Source of the DNA: an uncultured candidate division Zixibacteria bacterium
Lineage (GTDB): Bacteria; Zixibacteria; MSB-5A5; GN15; FEB-12
NCBI GenBank assembly: GCA_963664195.1
Contig: OY760907.1
Location: 1,632,001-1,696,000 of the forward strand
DNA length: 64,000 nucleotides
Reading direction: 5' to 3'
Shown: piece after piece, positions 1 through 9,140 of the stretch
How positions within the stretch are numbered: the first letter of the stretch is position 1
Layout: each line of letters opens with the position of its first letter
Position numbers and translations under genes: made by a program
The notes under the pieces: generated by a model
What the model was told of the DNA's origin: nothing
The model's database searches: none
What the model saw: only the letters and a program-made list of their open reading frames with translations

Positions 1-1906
1 ATTCACCCTCCTCCAGCCCGACCGCAACAACAACGGCATCGCATTCCCGTGCGAGGTCAAGCGCCTTACGGATGCCGGCCTCATCGTCGGCTTCCATCCC
101 CACGTTCCACACCAGTTTCATTCTTGCGTTGCCGGTCGGTGCGGAAAACTCCAGGCGCAATCGGTACCCGCGTCCTTTTTCAAACGAGTACTCTTTTACG
201 ACTGTCCGGTGAGAGGCCTGAATCCGATTATCGATGATCAGCGAGTCATCAAGGAACAAACGGTACCCGTCGTTTCCTTCGACTCCTATCAGAAATTCGC
301 CTGTTGCGGGGGATGTGAGTTTTCCGGTCCAGCGCACAGAGTAGAAGTCGTACGGGAGTCGCTCCGGATCGGGTGAGAACAGGGTCCATTGGAACTGCAC
401 GGTTTGATCGATGCGTGTGAACGCCGGGGGACCGTCAAGAGAAGCGTTTGTGAAGTACTCACCGAGAAGTCCCTGACGGGTCGAGTCGTTGTCGATACAG
501 GACAAGTACTCTGATGAGACGGTCACGTAGTCATTTGTCAGTCGTTGACAGCCCGGTGTGTGAAGCACCTTGGTACCCGATCCGAGCTTTTCCGTGATTC
601 CGCGAAGGATGCTGCAGGATCGAACAGCCGGAGCGGAGTAACCTCCAAACCGCGCCTCGTCAGCGTCGGGACCGACAACAGCGAGTTTGCCGATAGACTT
701 GTCAAGAGGGAGAACCCCGTTTCTGTTTCTGAGAAGTATGATCGATTCTCGGGCGGCGCGCAAAGCCAGTTGCTGACGTTCCGGTACCCCCGGGGTTGTG
801 AACGCAGAGGTATCGGCATACGGATGTTCAAATAGTCCCAGTTGAAACTTGGCCCGGAGGACTCGCGCTACGGCTGAGTCGATTGTCGCGGGGTCGATAC
901 GACCGTCGAGAAACGGCGGGATAAACAGCGTGTGATGATCGTACGATGTCTGGAAGATGACGTCCAGACCGGCGTTGATTGCGTTTGCCCCGGCATCGTC
1001 ATAGTCGGCGGCGGTGAAGTGAAGCACGTTGGCGCCTCCGACCGCACCGGCGTCCGAAATAATGAAGCCGTTGAAGTCGAGATCGTTTTTGAGAAGACCG
1101 TTGTTCAACCAGTCACTGGCGGAGCACGGAGCGCCGTCAAGAGAGTTGTACGAGGTCATCACCGACCGGGAACCTCCGCGCTTCAGACAGGCCTCGAAAG
1201 GGGGGAGGTGGATTTCACGAATCAATCGTTCGCTGATATGGATCGGGTAGCTGTCACGACCGCCGTCGCCGACATTGGCAAGGAAATGTTTCGGGGTAGT
1301 GATCACGCCGCCTCTTTCGAACTCCGACGTAAAGGCGGTTCCCATGGCCGCAGACAGAAACGGGTCCTCGCCGTAGGTTTCTTCGGTTCTTCCCCAGCGA
1401 ACGTCGGTAGCTATATTGACCACCGGCGACAACACCTGGCGGACACCCCGGTGACGGCACTCACGGGTTGTGGCCGCCGCGATTTCGTGCATCAGGACGG
1501 TGTCAAACGTAGCTGCCAGACCGATTGCCTGGGGGTAGATTGTGGCGTCTTTCTGCACCAGCCCGTGCAGGGCTTCGGCGAAGAAAATAACCGGAATGCC
1601 GAGTCGGGTGTCCTCGACAAAGTGGCGCTGGATATCGTTGGCTCGAATGATCGGGTCGATATCCTTCGTTGCGGCGGCTACCTGCAGTCCAAAGAGACCA
1701 TCGCTGTACCGGCTTTCGTCACCGTTGAAATCTCCCGCAATCATGAAGAGCTGCCAGAACTTCTCCTCGGGTGTCATGCGTGACAACAGGTCCTGCACAC
1801 GGGTGTCGATGGACGACGAGGAATCGCGATACACCTGGGCGTGTACCTGTGTGCCCAGGATTAGCAGCAGGATGAAAAAGACGGTCTTAGAATACCTTGA
1901 TTTCAT
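1..1906 (-). CDS. GH3 beta-glucosidase/xylosidase with PA14 insertion, secreted (3' end runs off the window)
   Basis: Not in the ORF track because it has no stop in the window. Manual translation from ATG 1906 gives a signal peptide MKSRYSKTVFFILLLILGTQVHA, then VYRDSSSSIDTRVQDLLSRMTPEEK (GH3 start), a PA14-like GLLGEYFTN...YSVRWTG segment, and DAVVVAVGLEEGE at the window edge. Overlaps the end of the upstream gene. Confidence 0.9.
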   Translation of the reverse strand, partial: MKSRYSKTVFFILLLILGTQVHAQVYRDSSSSIDTRVQDLLSRMTPEEKFWQLFMIAGDFNGDESRYSDGLFGLQVAAATKDIDPIIRANDIQRHFVEDTRLGIPVIFFAEALHGLVQKDATIYPQAIGLAATFDTVLMHEIAAATTRECRHRGVRQVLSPVVNIATDVRWGRTEETYGEDPFLSAAMGTAFTSEFERGGVITTPKHFLANVGDGGRDSYPIHISERLIREIHLPPFEACLKRGGSRSVMTSYNSLDGAPCSASDWLNNGLLKNDLDFNGFIISDAGAVGGANVLHFTAADYDDAGANAINAGLDVIFQTSYDHHTLFIPPFLDGRIDPATIDSAVARVLRAKFQLGLFEHPYADTSAFTTPGVPERQQLALRAARESIILLRNRNGVLPLDKSIGKLAVVGPDADEARFGGYSAPAVRSCSILRGITEKLGSGTKVLHTPGCQRLTNDYVTVSSEYLSCIDNDSTRQGLLGEYFTNASLDGPPAFTRIDQTVQFQWTLFSPDPERLPYDFYSVRWTGKLTSPATGEFLIGVEGNDGYRLFLDDSLIIDNRIQASHRTVVKEYSFEKGRGYRLRLEFSAPTGNARMKLVWNVGMEADDEAGIRKALDLARECDAVVVAVGLEEGE

Positions 1907-4136
1907 CGATGAATATCCATGCCTTTCCGCCGGAACCTTTGTGCCATGAAGGACAGATCTTCAAACCGGTAGCTTTTACTCGGACATACCGCGCCGGTGC
2001 TGGTCCACATTCGATATTGAACGAAGTGGTTATCGCGCCGCTTTGTTGTGGAGGAACCGTATTGATTGCTTCGCCGACAGATGTGTATGTGGAGCCATCC
2101 AGCGAGACGAAAAACTCGACCTTCTCCGGCATGAAAACCCAGGACAGAATATCCTGTAGGAAATCTGTTTCGATTTTTGTGATCGAGATCGTTTCTCCCA
2201 GATCGACTACCGCATCCATATCTTCGCCTTCAAAGCCAAGCCAATGGAAATGGTAGTCTCTCCAGCCCTTGAGGCCGTCGGTGAGTGCGGAGGCATCGCC
2301 GTTGTGATATTTCGTACTCGCGGGCGTCTCCAGAGTGATCGGTTTGTTCAGGGCCAGATGGTTTTGGAGCGAGCTTGCGACGAACTGCTGTGTTGATTCC
2401 AGGTATTCCTCGGGGGGGATACCGTGTTCCCACAGGCGGGTAATGCCGCCGTCAATACAGCGATCGTAGAACGTTTGTAGTAACGTTTTCATCTCCGGCC
2501 GGGCGACCAGGGAGCGGTCGTCGGTAGAAGTGAAGAAACCGCGTTTGGCGAATCCCAGCATTTTGGCCTGCTCCAAAATTGCGTATTGCACCGGCAGGTG
2601 CGCCGTTTGGACATGGCGAAGATAGTCAGGCTGACCGATGACGGCGTTTTCAGCCTGTGCGAAAAGCACGTCGTAACGGTTCAGCATTTGTTCCGACAGG
2701 TATCCGTTGTCGGAGGGATACGGGTAACCATATATCGAAAGGTCCTCGCCCGAACGTTCAAGGGCGTCCTGCATGATATCAATATACTCCCGTACAAACG
2801 GTGCCGCGTCACCGTAATAACCGTCCAGAAAGTCAGTCATCACCGAGTCAACGTTGATATTCGGATTCCACAACAGTTTCGCCAGAAGATAAACTCGCAG
2901 TTCCGCAAACTCCCCCTGCATAGTTGCGACACCCTGTTCGAATACCGCCGTAATGCCGTTGTCGACGAAGAACCGGATGTTCGGTTGCAGGATGCTAAGA
3001 TTCGGGAACGGGCTGACAAGATTTCGGAACTGGATAACGTAGTCCCAGATAAGTATATTGTCTGCGATGCGATTCCAGTCCTTGATGTCTTTTACAAAGG
3101 AGGCGTTGGCGGGGTCGTCGGGGATAGGCTTGCAGCGGTTACATTCGATACTGCAGAGCATGATGTTGACGTTCGACTCCGGCCTGACGTGGGCCGGGGC
3201 GGAACGCGAATACTGGTAGGCGAGGGTGGATATAACTTTGTCAGGGAATTCTCTTGCCACCCGGTTCACGAAGTGTATGAGCGAGCCGGACGGGGAGCCT
3301 TCGGCACTGTCCCGTGCACGGCAGGCATCGCAATTGCAGGGAACGTACGTGTCGTTCTGTGACACCGACCAGTAACGGGCGTCGGGATTTTCCTGCATGC
3401 GGTGTCGGAGTTCGTCAAGCACGATTCTGTACACATCCGGATTGCTCAAACAGAGCTGGGCGTCAGCGACCCGCACACCGTTGCACTCCGAGAAATACTC
3501 AGGATGATCGGCGAAGTATTTCTCTGCCGGAACGAGGTCCTTGAACGTGTGTACAAACAAACCCCATTCATTCGGCTCGCTGAGTTTATGCCAGGCATTG
3601 TACGAAGTGTGGCGAATGTCCTGCATGCGGAACGCCAGCGCCGGTACCTGTCTGTCGTCTACAGGGGACAGGATGATAGTGGGTGTTTCTGGAATCACCT
3701 GGAAAGACGTACTGTATCGTCGGCAGCCGAGATATGATTCGAGGAAAGTGTAGACCGCGTTCTGCAGACCGCAATCGGTGCCGGCCGTGAGAAATAGATT
3801 GCTGTCAGTTGATCTGATATGAAACCCGTCCCGTCCGAGCGGTTGCGCATTGCTGTCGGTTGAAGCAGAGTCGGTCAGGTCAAACACAATGCACGGACCG
3901 GTGGGATGCGACGAACGCACTATCGGCAGATCAGCCCCGGAGATGCAACGCAGGTAGCTCCGAAGCGTGTCGGCTGCGGTTGCGGTGCGTGCGGAAGCAG
4001 TTTCCGGAATACAGATACGATGACTGCTGACACCGTTCCGAACCAGAACAAGATCATTCGCTTGTGCAGTCATGGGCAACCAGGCGAGGACTGTCGTGAC
4101 AACAGCAACCAGCGCTGTCAGCTTTCCGTTTGTCAT
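1887..4136 (-). CDS. Secreted DUF4838-type putative glycoside hydrolase with GH20/GH67-like N-terminal domain and C-terminal F5/8 type C (CBM32-like) domain
   Basis: Signal peptide; HTF...HPEYF, QLCLSNP, SVSQND...CNCDAC, TLAYQYS, WDY motifs; C-terminal LTDG...WLGF...VVDLG...ARYVRV...WIFIDEI. Confidence 0.8.
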   Translation of the reverse strand: MTNGKLTALVAVVTTVLAWLPMTAQANDLVLVRNGVSSHRICIPETASARTATAADTLRSYLRCISGADLPIVRSSHPTGPCIVFDLTDSASTDSNAQPLGRDGFHIRSTDSNLFLTAGTDCGLQNAVYTFLESYLGCRRYSTSFQVIPETPTIILSPVDDRQVPALAFRMQDIRHTSYNAWHKLSEPNEWGLFVHTFKDLVPAEKYFADHPEYFSECNGVRVADAQLCLSNPDVYRIVLDELRHRMQENPDARYWSVSQNDTYVPCNCDACRARDSAEGSPSGSLIHFVNRVAREFPDKVISTLAYQYSRSAPAHVRPESNVNIMLCSIECNRCKPIPDDPANASFVKDIKDWNRIADNILIWDYVIQFRNLVSPFPNLSILQPNIRFFVDNGITAVFEQGVATMQGEFAELRVYLLAKLLWNPNINVDSVMTDFLDGYYGDAAPFVREYIDIMQDALERSGEDLSIYGYPYPSDNGYLSEQMLNRYDVLFAQAENAVIGQPDYLRHVQTAHLPVQYAILEQAKMLGFAKRGFFTSTDDRSLVARPEMKTLLQTFYDRCIDGGITRLWEHGIPPEEYLESTQQFVASSLQNHLALNKPITLETPASTKYHNGDASALTDGLKGWRDYHFHWLGFEGEDMDAVVDLGETISITKIETDFLQDILSWVFMPEKVEFFVSLDGSTYTSVGEAINTVPPQQSGAITTSFNIECGPAPARYVRVKATGLKICPSWHKGSGGKAWIFIDEIKVF

Positions 4137-4139
4137 TGT

Positions 4140-5597
4140 CTACTCCGGCTGCAGGCGAATCGTCCAGGCATACGAGCAGGGCGGGACGGATCGCACCGAC
4201 TCCGGTATATGGACAGTACAGCCGTTGCCGTCCGGTTCCCAGACCAGCGGATCATCGACACCCAGCAGGGAGACTGTGGTTCCCTGACGGGGAGCAAATG
4301 ACGGTATGGAGACCGTAGCGGGTGGCGTTGCGTCTTTGCCGTCGGAAAGGCAAATGGCGTTTATAGTCCCATCCTTTGCCCTGGTGTAGCACACGGTGCC
4401 TTCTTTGTAGGGGGCAACTGCACGGGTGGAGTAGATGGCATCCCCGTTCACTTGCATCCATTCGCCGATTTCCTTCAGGCGCAGCAACGCATCGGGGGCT
4501 AAATCCCCATTGGGGCCGGGTCCGATATTCAGCAGCAGGTTGCCACCTTTGCAGACGATGTCAACCAGCAGATGGATCAGTCGGGAGGTAGATTTGTATT
4601 CATCGTTTCTAACGTAACTCCAGGACGTGGCCATGGTCATGCAGGTTTCCCAGACATAATCGAGGGCTTCTTCCGGGACCTCCTGCTCGGGCGTGCGGTA
4701 ATTCTGGTAGCGACCTTCAACTGCACGGTCAACGATAATCAATCCCGGCTGGTGGGAGCGAGCCATGGAAGCAATCCCCGGCATGTCGATATCCTGATTG
4801 CACGGGTTTTTGCCCCATCGAGGTGAGGTGGGTGTCATCGGCTGAACCCAGCCACCGTCGAGCCAGAGAATGTCGACCGAACCGTATTGCGTCATCAGTT
4901 CCTTGATCTGATTGTAAGTGAAGCTTTTGAATGCCTCCCATTTTTCCGGGTAGCGCTCGATATCATAGTTCACGTTTCTATCGAAGGGCGGGAAATAGGG
5001 CCACCAGTAGTCGGGGCAGTGCCAGTCGGCCTTGGAGAAATAGGCTCCGATGCCAAAACCTTCGCCGCGGAACGCATCGAAAATCTCTTTCGTGATGTTT
5101 GCTTTCGGATTGGCGCTGAACGGGCAGGCAGAATCGGTAACTTTGTAGTCAGTCTCTTTGGTTTCAAACATGCAGAAACCGTCGTGATGTTTGGTCGTGA
5201 ACACAACGTAGCGCATTCCGGCGGCCCCGGCGGCTTTGGCCCAGGTGGCCGGGTTGAATTTAACCGGATTAAAGACCGTCTTGAGTTTCTCGTACTCTGT
5301 TACGTACGTGTTGTAATCCTGTGAGTACGGACCGCGCCGTATGGTCCAGTTTTCATCTTCGGGACAGATACTCCAGCTCTCGACAATGCCCCACTCGCTG
5401 TAGATACCCCAATGCATGAGCAGGCCGAATTTCTGGTCCTGGAACCATTCGAGTTTTTTCAAGACAAGCGCGTCAGTCTCGCGTTCTTGAGCGGGTTTAT
5501 TATCCGACGTGAATGCGGTGTCGGCGAATGCGAAAAACAAGGCTACCATAATTACACCTATGGCTGCCGATCTGTGTTTGTGATTGGGAAAGATCAT
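4140..5597 (-). CDS. Alpha-L-fucosidase (GH29)
   Basis: WFQDQKFGLLMHWGIYS, AGMRYVVFTTKHHDGF, DILWLDGG, WETCMT, GGNLLLNIGP. Alternative TTG start at 5633. Confidence 0.93.
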   Translation of the reverse strand: MIFPNHKHRSAAIGVIMVALFFAFADTAFTSDNKPAQERETDALVLKKLEWFQDQKFGLLMHWGIYSEWGIVESWSICPEDENWTIRRGPYSQDYNTYVTEYEKLKTVFNPVKFNPATWAKAAGAAGMRYVVFTTKHHDGFCMFETKETDYKVTDSACPFSANPKANITKEIFDAFRGEGFGIGAYFSKADWHCPDYWWPYFPPFDRNVNYDIERYPEKWEAFKSFTYNQIKELMTQYGSVDILWLDGGWVQPMTPTSPRWGKNPCNQDIDMPGIASMARSHQPGLIIVDRAVEGRYQNYRTPEQEVPEEALDYVWETCMTMATSWSYVRNDEYKSTSRLIHLLVDIVCKGGNLLLNIGPGPNGDLAPDALLRLKEIGEWMQVNGDAIYSTRAVAPYKEGTVCYTRAKDGTINAICLSDGKDATPPATVSIPSFAPRQGTTVSLLGVDDPLVWEPDGNGCTVHIPESVRSVPPCSYAWTIRLQPE

Positions 5598-5873
5598 GCA
5601 CCATAGATAACTCCGGATAGGTCGCTTTGTCAAATGGTAGTGTTGTCCGCACAGGTGCTTATGACTTCGTGCTGCTGATCAGCAGACGTTCACACACAGC
5701 GCAAGTTCGTCCGGTGAACTGACCGTTGCCCTTCTCAGGAATCGGTCATAACAGGGGGTAAACTGCCGTAATACAACGCAAGTATCCATTTGCTGTTGTG
5801 TCGTGTGTACGTTTTTCTATCGTGGTGAAGTAGAAGCCTCAGCGCACAAACGGCAGGCGAACCCGACTGTGAA

Positions 5874-6024
5874 GGGCTTGTTGCAAGAGGTACGGTCGAT
5901 GACGCCCCCCTAATCGCCAGTGTATTCGAGAGAGCACCAGTGCAAGTAACATGGACAGATTCCACTGCAAGTTGTGGGGCACCGAATATATGCATTTGAA
6001 CGCCCCGGGTTTATCAACAAGCCC
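5874..6024. mobile_element. MITE / internally deleted IS remnant (151 bp)
   Basis: Perfect 10-bp terminal inverted repeats GGGCTTGTTG...CAACAAGCCC, flanked by the 4-bp direct repeat TGAA (5870-5873 and 6025-6028). No transposase inside. Confidence 0.7.
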
Positions 6025-6138
6025 TGAAATGTGGGCTGTCTGTCCGCGCGGCCGTATACTCTGCGCTTGGACTCGTCCCGGCTCCTTGGTATGGCTAACT
6101 CTGATGAGCAGTCAACATGACTCAAGAAGGAGTATCAT

Positions 6139-6387
6139 ATGGCTGTTTGTCTCCATTGTGAAAAGACTGTGACGATGGAATCTACACGAAAAGATAGTAG
6201 CGATGAAGTGCAAAAAGAAGTAGAGGTAATGGTCAAAAAGGAAGTGATGCATTCATGTCCGCAATGTGATGAAGTCCTCGGTTTTGCATTCTCTTTTTGG
6301 TGGCATCGCAACGGGCAGACCTCGCTGATCCAGCGCTGGACCAGCGGGTGGAATTGTACAAGCATATCTACAATCCCACGCCGATGA
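6139..6387 (+). CDS. Small zinc-ribbon-like protein (CxxC...CxxC), possibly frameshifted near its 3' end
   Basis: Strong RBS AAGGAG before ATG; CLHC and CPQC motifs. An alternative frame from ~6293 gives FFGGIATGRPR* with stop at 6328. Confidence 0.6.
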   Translation: MAVCLHCEKTVTMESTRKDSSDEVQKEVEVMVKKEVMHSCPQCDEVLGFAFSFWWHRNGQTSLIQRWTSGWNCTSISTIPRR

Positions 6388-6453
6388 AAGTAGTCCGCTG
6401 TCTCGCACGGTACGAGGACGGGCGAGGTTTCTGCAGTCAGTTGTAAGTCATAT

Positions 6454-7137
6454 TCAGAAGTTATAGGCGAATCCCAGCATCAAACGGGGTTCGATTTTTG
6501 GCTGAGCAATGGCGTTGTCGGCGTCGTCATACGTATATCCGTCGCGACCGTTGGAGTCGTCCCCGTCCGGCGAGTATCGGGTATCATGCCCGGTGAGGGT
6601 AGATTCGAAGTAGTAGTCAATGCCGAGATGAAAGACGAGATCGAACCTGGGACTCATTGCAAAATACGATTCAAACCCGCCGCCGACACCCCATTGGTTG
6701 CTGGTGACGTCGAAGTCCTCGTTTCCTCCGACATACTTGAAATTGGCTACGAAGCGCGCGTGGCGTGGTCCGCCAAACAGATATGCACGGGGGAGATTCA
6801 GTATTTTCACCGGGTATAGCATGTCGAATCTGAAATCGAGCTGCCTGCCCTTTTTTTCGGGAATGCCGTTGGTCGCATCGTTAATAAACACCTGTCGCGC
6901 CTCGGCTGACAGACCCGGCTGGACCGAAGTGTAGCCCATCGCCAGCCGGAGATTCATCGGGAGACCGGCGGCCACGTTGCTGACCATGCCGAATGCCTGG
7001 AATCCCGCCCCGCCGTAGTAACCGAGTTCAAGACCGCCCGAAAACGTTGGATTGCCTGAAGCCGAACCGTCCTTTGCGGAAGCTGTCATGCTCAAAATGA
7101 GCAACAGACCGAATAATACCATCATAATTCGCAACAT
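6454..7137 (-). CDS. Small outer-membrane beta-barrel protein
   Basis: Signal peptide, amphipathic Gly/aromatic-rich strands, C-terminal BAM signature LMLGFAYNF. Confidence 0.8.
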   Translation of the reverse strand: MLRIMMVLFGLLLILSMTASAKDGSASGNPTFSGGLELGYYGGAGFQAFGMVSNVAAGLPMNLRLAMGYTSVQPGLSAEARQVFINDATNGIPEKKGRQLDFRFDMLYPVKILNLPRAYLFGGPRHARFVANFKYVGGNEDFDVTSNQWGVGGGFESYFAMSPRFDLVFHLGIDYYFESTLTGHDTRYSPDGDDSNGRDGYTYDDADNAIAQPKIEPRLMLGFAYNF

Positions 7138-7549
7138 GTTCTGTACCCTGTCCTTTCATTGACCGCAGGTCTGGTATTCATCGTGAGATGCCGCCTGGTC
7201 GGTAGTGGATAAGATGGACCAACGCAGTACGCAGTTATTCGTCATCAAGAACACGTTTCTTTAGATAAATGATCCCTCTGCTCACAATTGACACATTCCT
7301 GGTCGGTTTGTGCAATCAAAGGACAGGGGGTGGCGCGAGGTCCTGCGGTTAAGTGATTGCAGTGGGGGCTGTTTGAGGAAAGGCTCTGCAGGTGTTCTGA
7401 TCAGGCAATGTCTGGGGGAGAATTGTTTTCGTGATCCGACAAGTGAAGTCCGAAGATGACTTCGTTGCGCCGCCTCTAAACAAGCGTTGACAAAAGCGGT
7501 ACATTATGTTACGTATTAGTTATCAACTCACGAACCAATGAGGCGCGAT

Positions 7550-8905
7550 ATGAAAACTGCATTCGTTCTCCTGCTCGCTCTTGTCCTGATCGGCTCTCCG
7601 GCTTTTGCGCAGGAGCGTCTAATCATCGCTTGGAATGACTTGGGCATGCACTGCAGCAATGAAGACTTCTCCAAACTGGTCATACTGCCCCCATACAACA
7701 ACATTCGGGCTCAGGTGGTACAGGTCGGAGATGCCGAAAACTACCCTACCGTTCTTACTGCCGACCTGCATGTCACCTATGAAATCCCCGGCAACACGTA
7801 CTCGGTGGGCAAGACCAATTTCTGGGATTACGAGGACCAGTTGTTTGGTGTGAGTCTGGATCCCAACATCGGGCTTACCGGCGTTGGTCTCACCGGCGAC
7901 ATGACAGCCGTTGAGGATTACTTCCACGTCGAGGGTGTCCCGATTACACCTTACGTCGACGCCGATCTGGTTAACGAGGATCCCTTTCAATTGGGGTTGA
8001 TTAAGCTGTATGACGCTTCAGACAGTCTGCTTGCCAGCACCCGGCCGGTGGTCCCGGTTTCAAATGAAATAGGCTGCGTTTCCTCCGGTTGTCACAGCAG
8101 TGAAACGGCGATTCTCAACGCTCACGACGACGAAGGCGGTTTTGATCCCAATGATACTCCGATTCTCTGTGCGAATTGCCATGCCTCCAACGCCCTTGGT
8201 ATGCCAGGGCAGGGGGGAGTGCCGTCGCTGTCGGAAGCCATCCACAAAAAGCACGGGGAAATCACCAACGATTGCTACAAATGTCACCCGGGTCCCAACA
8301 CGGAGTGCTTACGGGGCGTCATGGCTACTGAGCACGAGATGGTTTGCCAGGACTGTCACGGGAGTGTTACTGACGTAGGCGAGAGCATAAGCGACGGGCG
8401 TGAGCCCTGGCTTGAGGAACCCCGTTGCGGATCGCCGGCCTGCCACGGTCCTTTGTACTCTGAGGAGATCGGCAAGCTGTTCCGCGATTCACGCGCCCAT
8501 GGAGGTCTGTTCTGCAGCGCCTGTCACGGGGAGCCGCATGCCATAGCGCCCAGCAGAGAAGATCGAGACAACGTGCAAAACGTCGCGCTGCAGGGTTTTG
8601 CCGGAACGCTGTACGATTGTCGTGTGTGTCACGGCGTCAACCCGGATCGTCCGGGCCCACACGCTTTGATGCCCAACTATTGCTGCGAGACCCTGGGCAA
8701 CGTAGATTCCTCCCCCGACGGACTGGTGACAATGGGCGATCTCACCGTCCTTATTGACCACCTGTTCATATCGCTTGCGAGTTTGACTTGTGCGCAGGAA
8801 GGAAATGTTGATCTCAGCCCCGATGGTTTGGTTACGATGGGTGACTTGACTGTTCTGATTGACCACCTGTTTATATCTCTCGGCCCATTGCCAGCCTGTC
8901 CGTAG
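7550..8905 (+). CDS. Secreted multiheme cytochrome c with C-terminal duplicated dockerin-like domain
   Basis: Signal peptide; WNDLGMHC N-terminal motif; 5 CxxCH (CANCH, CYKCH, CQDCH, CSACH, CRVCH) plus 2 CX4CH (CVSSGCH, CGSPACH); tail with two GNVDxSPDGLVTMGDLTVLIDHLFISL repeats. Alternative start 7538. Confidence 0.88.
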   Translation: MKTAFVLLLALVLIGSPAFAQERLIIAWNDLGMHCSNEDFSKLVILPPYNNIRAQVVQVGDAENYPTVLTADLHVTYEIPGNTYSVGKTNFWDYEDQLFGVSLDPNIGLTGVGLTGDMTAVEDYFHVEGVPITPYVDADLVNEDPFQLGLIKLYDASDSLLASTRPVVPVSNEIGCVSSGCHSSETAILNAHDDEGGFDPNDTPILCANCHASNALGMPGQGGVPSLSEAIHKKHGEITNDCYKCHPGPNTECLRGVMATEHEMVCQDCHGSVTDVGESISDGREPWLEEPRCGSPACHGPLYSEEIGKLFRDSRAHGGLFCSACHGEPHAIAPSREDRDNVQNVALQGFAGTLYDCRVCHGVNPDRPGPHALMPNYCCETLGNVDSSPDGLVTMGDLTVLIDHLFISLASLTCAQEGNVDLSPDGLVTMGDLTVLIDHLFISLGPLPACP

Positions 8906-8946
8906 GATTGGCGGCGCGGACACCGGCCGAGGTCGGTCATAGTCTG

Positions 8947-8976
8947 AAAGCCCGGCTTCTGGCGGGCTTTTTTGTT
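8947..8976 (+). terminator. Rho-independent terminator
   Basis: AAAGCCCG-loop-CGGGCTTT followed by a T-run, just after the cytochrome gene. Confidence 0.7.
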
Positions 8977-9140
8977 GCCGGTCTGTTTTGTCACGAATAT
9001 ACTGACGGTGCGCGGAGGGAATATCCCGTGTGAACAGGCGGATGGACTTGCAATTGATCCCACTCCAGGCACGGGTGAGCCACCGGCCGAAACTGACAGT
9101 GCTTTCAATCACAGACCTGAATAGTGGTGCTGGACAAAGT

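Noticed and set aside
932..1783. 283-aa plus-strand ORF (also 545-835 and 49-237)
   Set aside because: Antisense shadow of the minus-strand GH3 gene, which has clear family motifs.
7487..7515. Sigma-70 promoter for the cytochrome gene
   Set aside because: Perfect TTGACA, but no convincing -10 hexamer at 16-18 bp spacing.
6454..8905. Porin-cytochrome (MtrAB-like) conduit formed by the barrel and the multiheme cytochrome
   Set aside because: The barrel is only ~205 aa mature, too small to sheath a cytochrome, and it is divergently transcribed.
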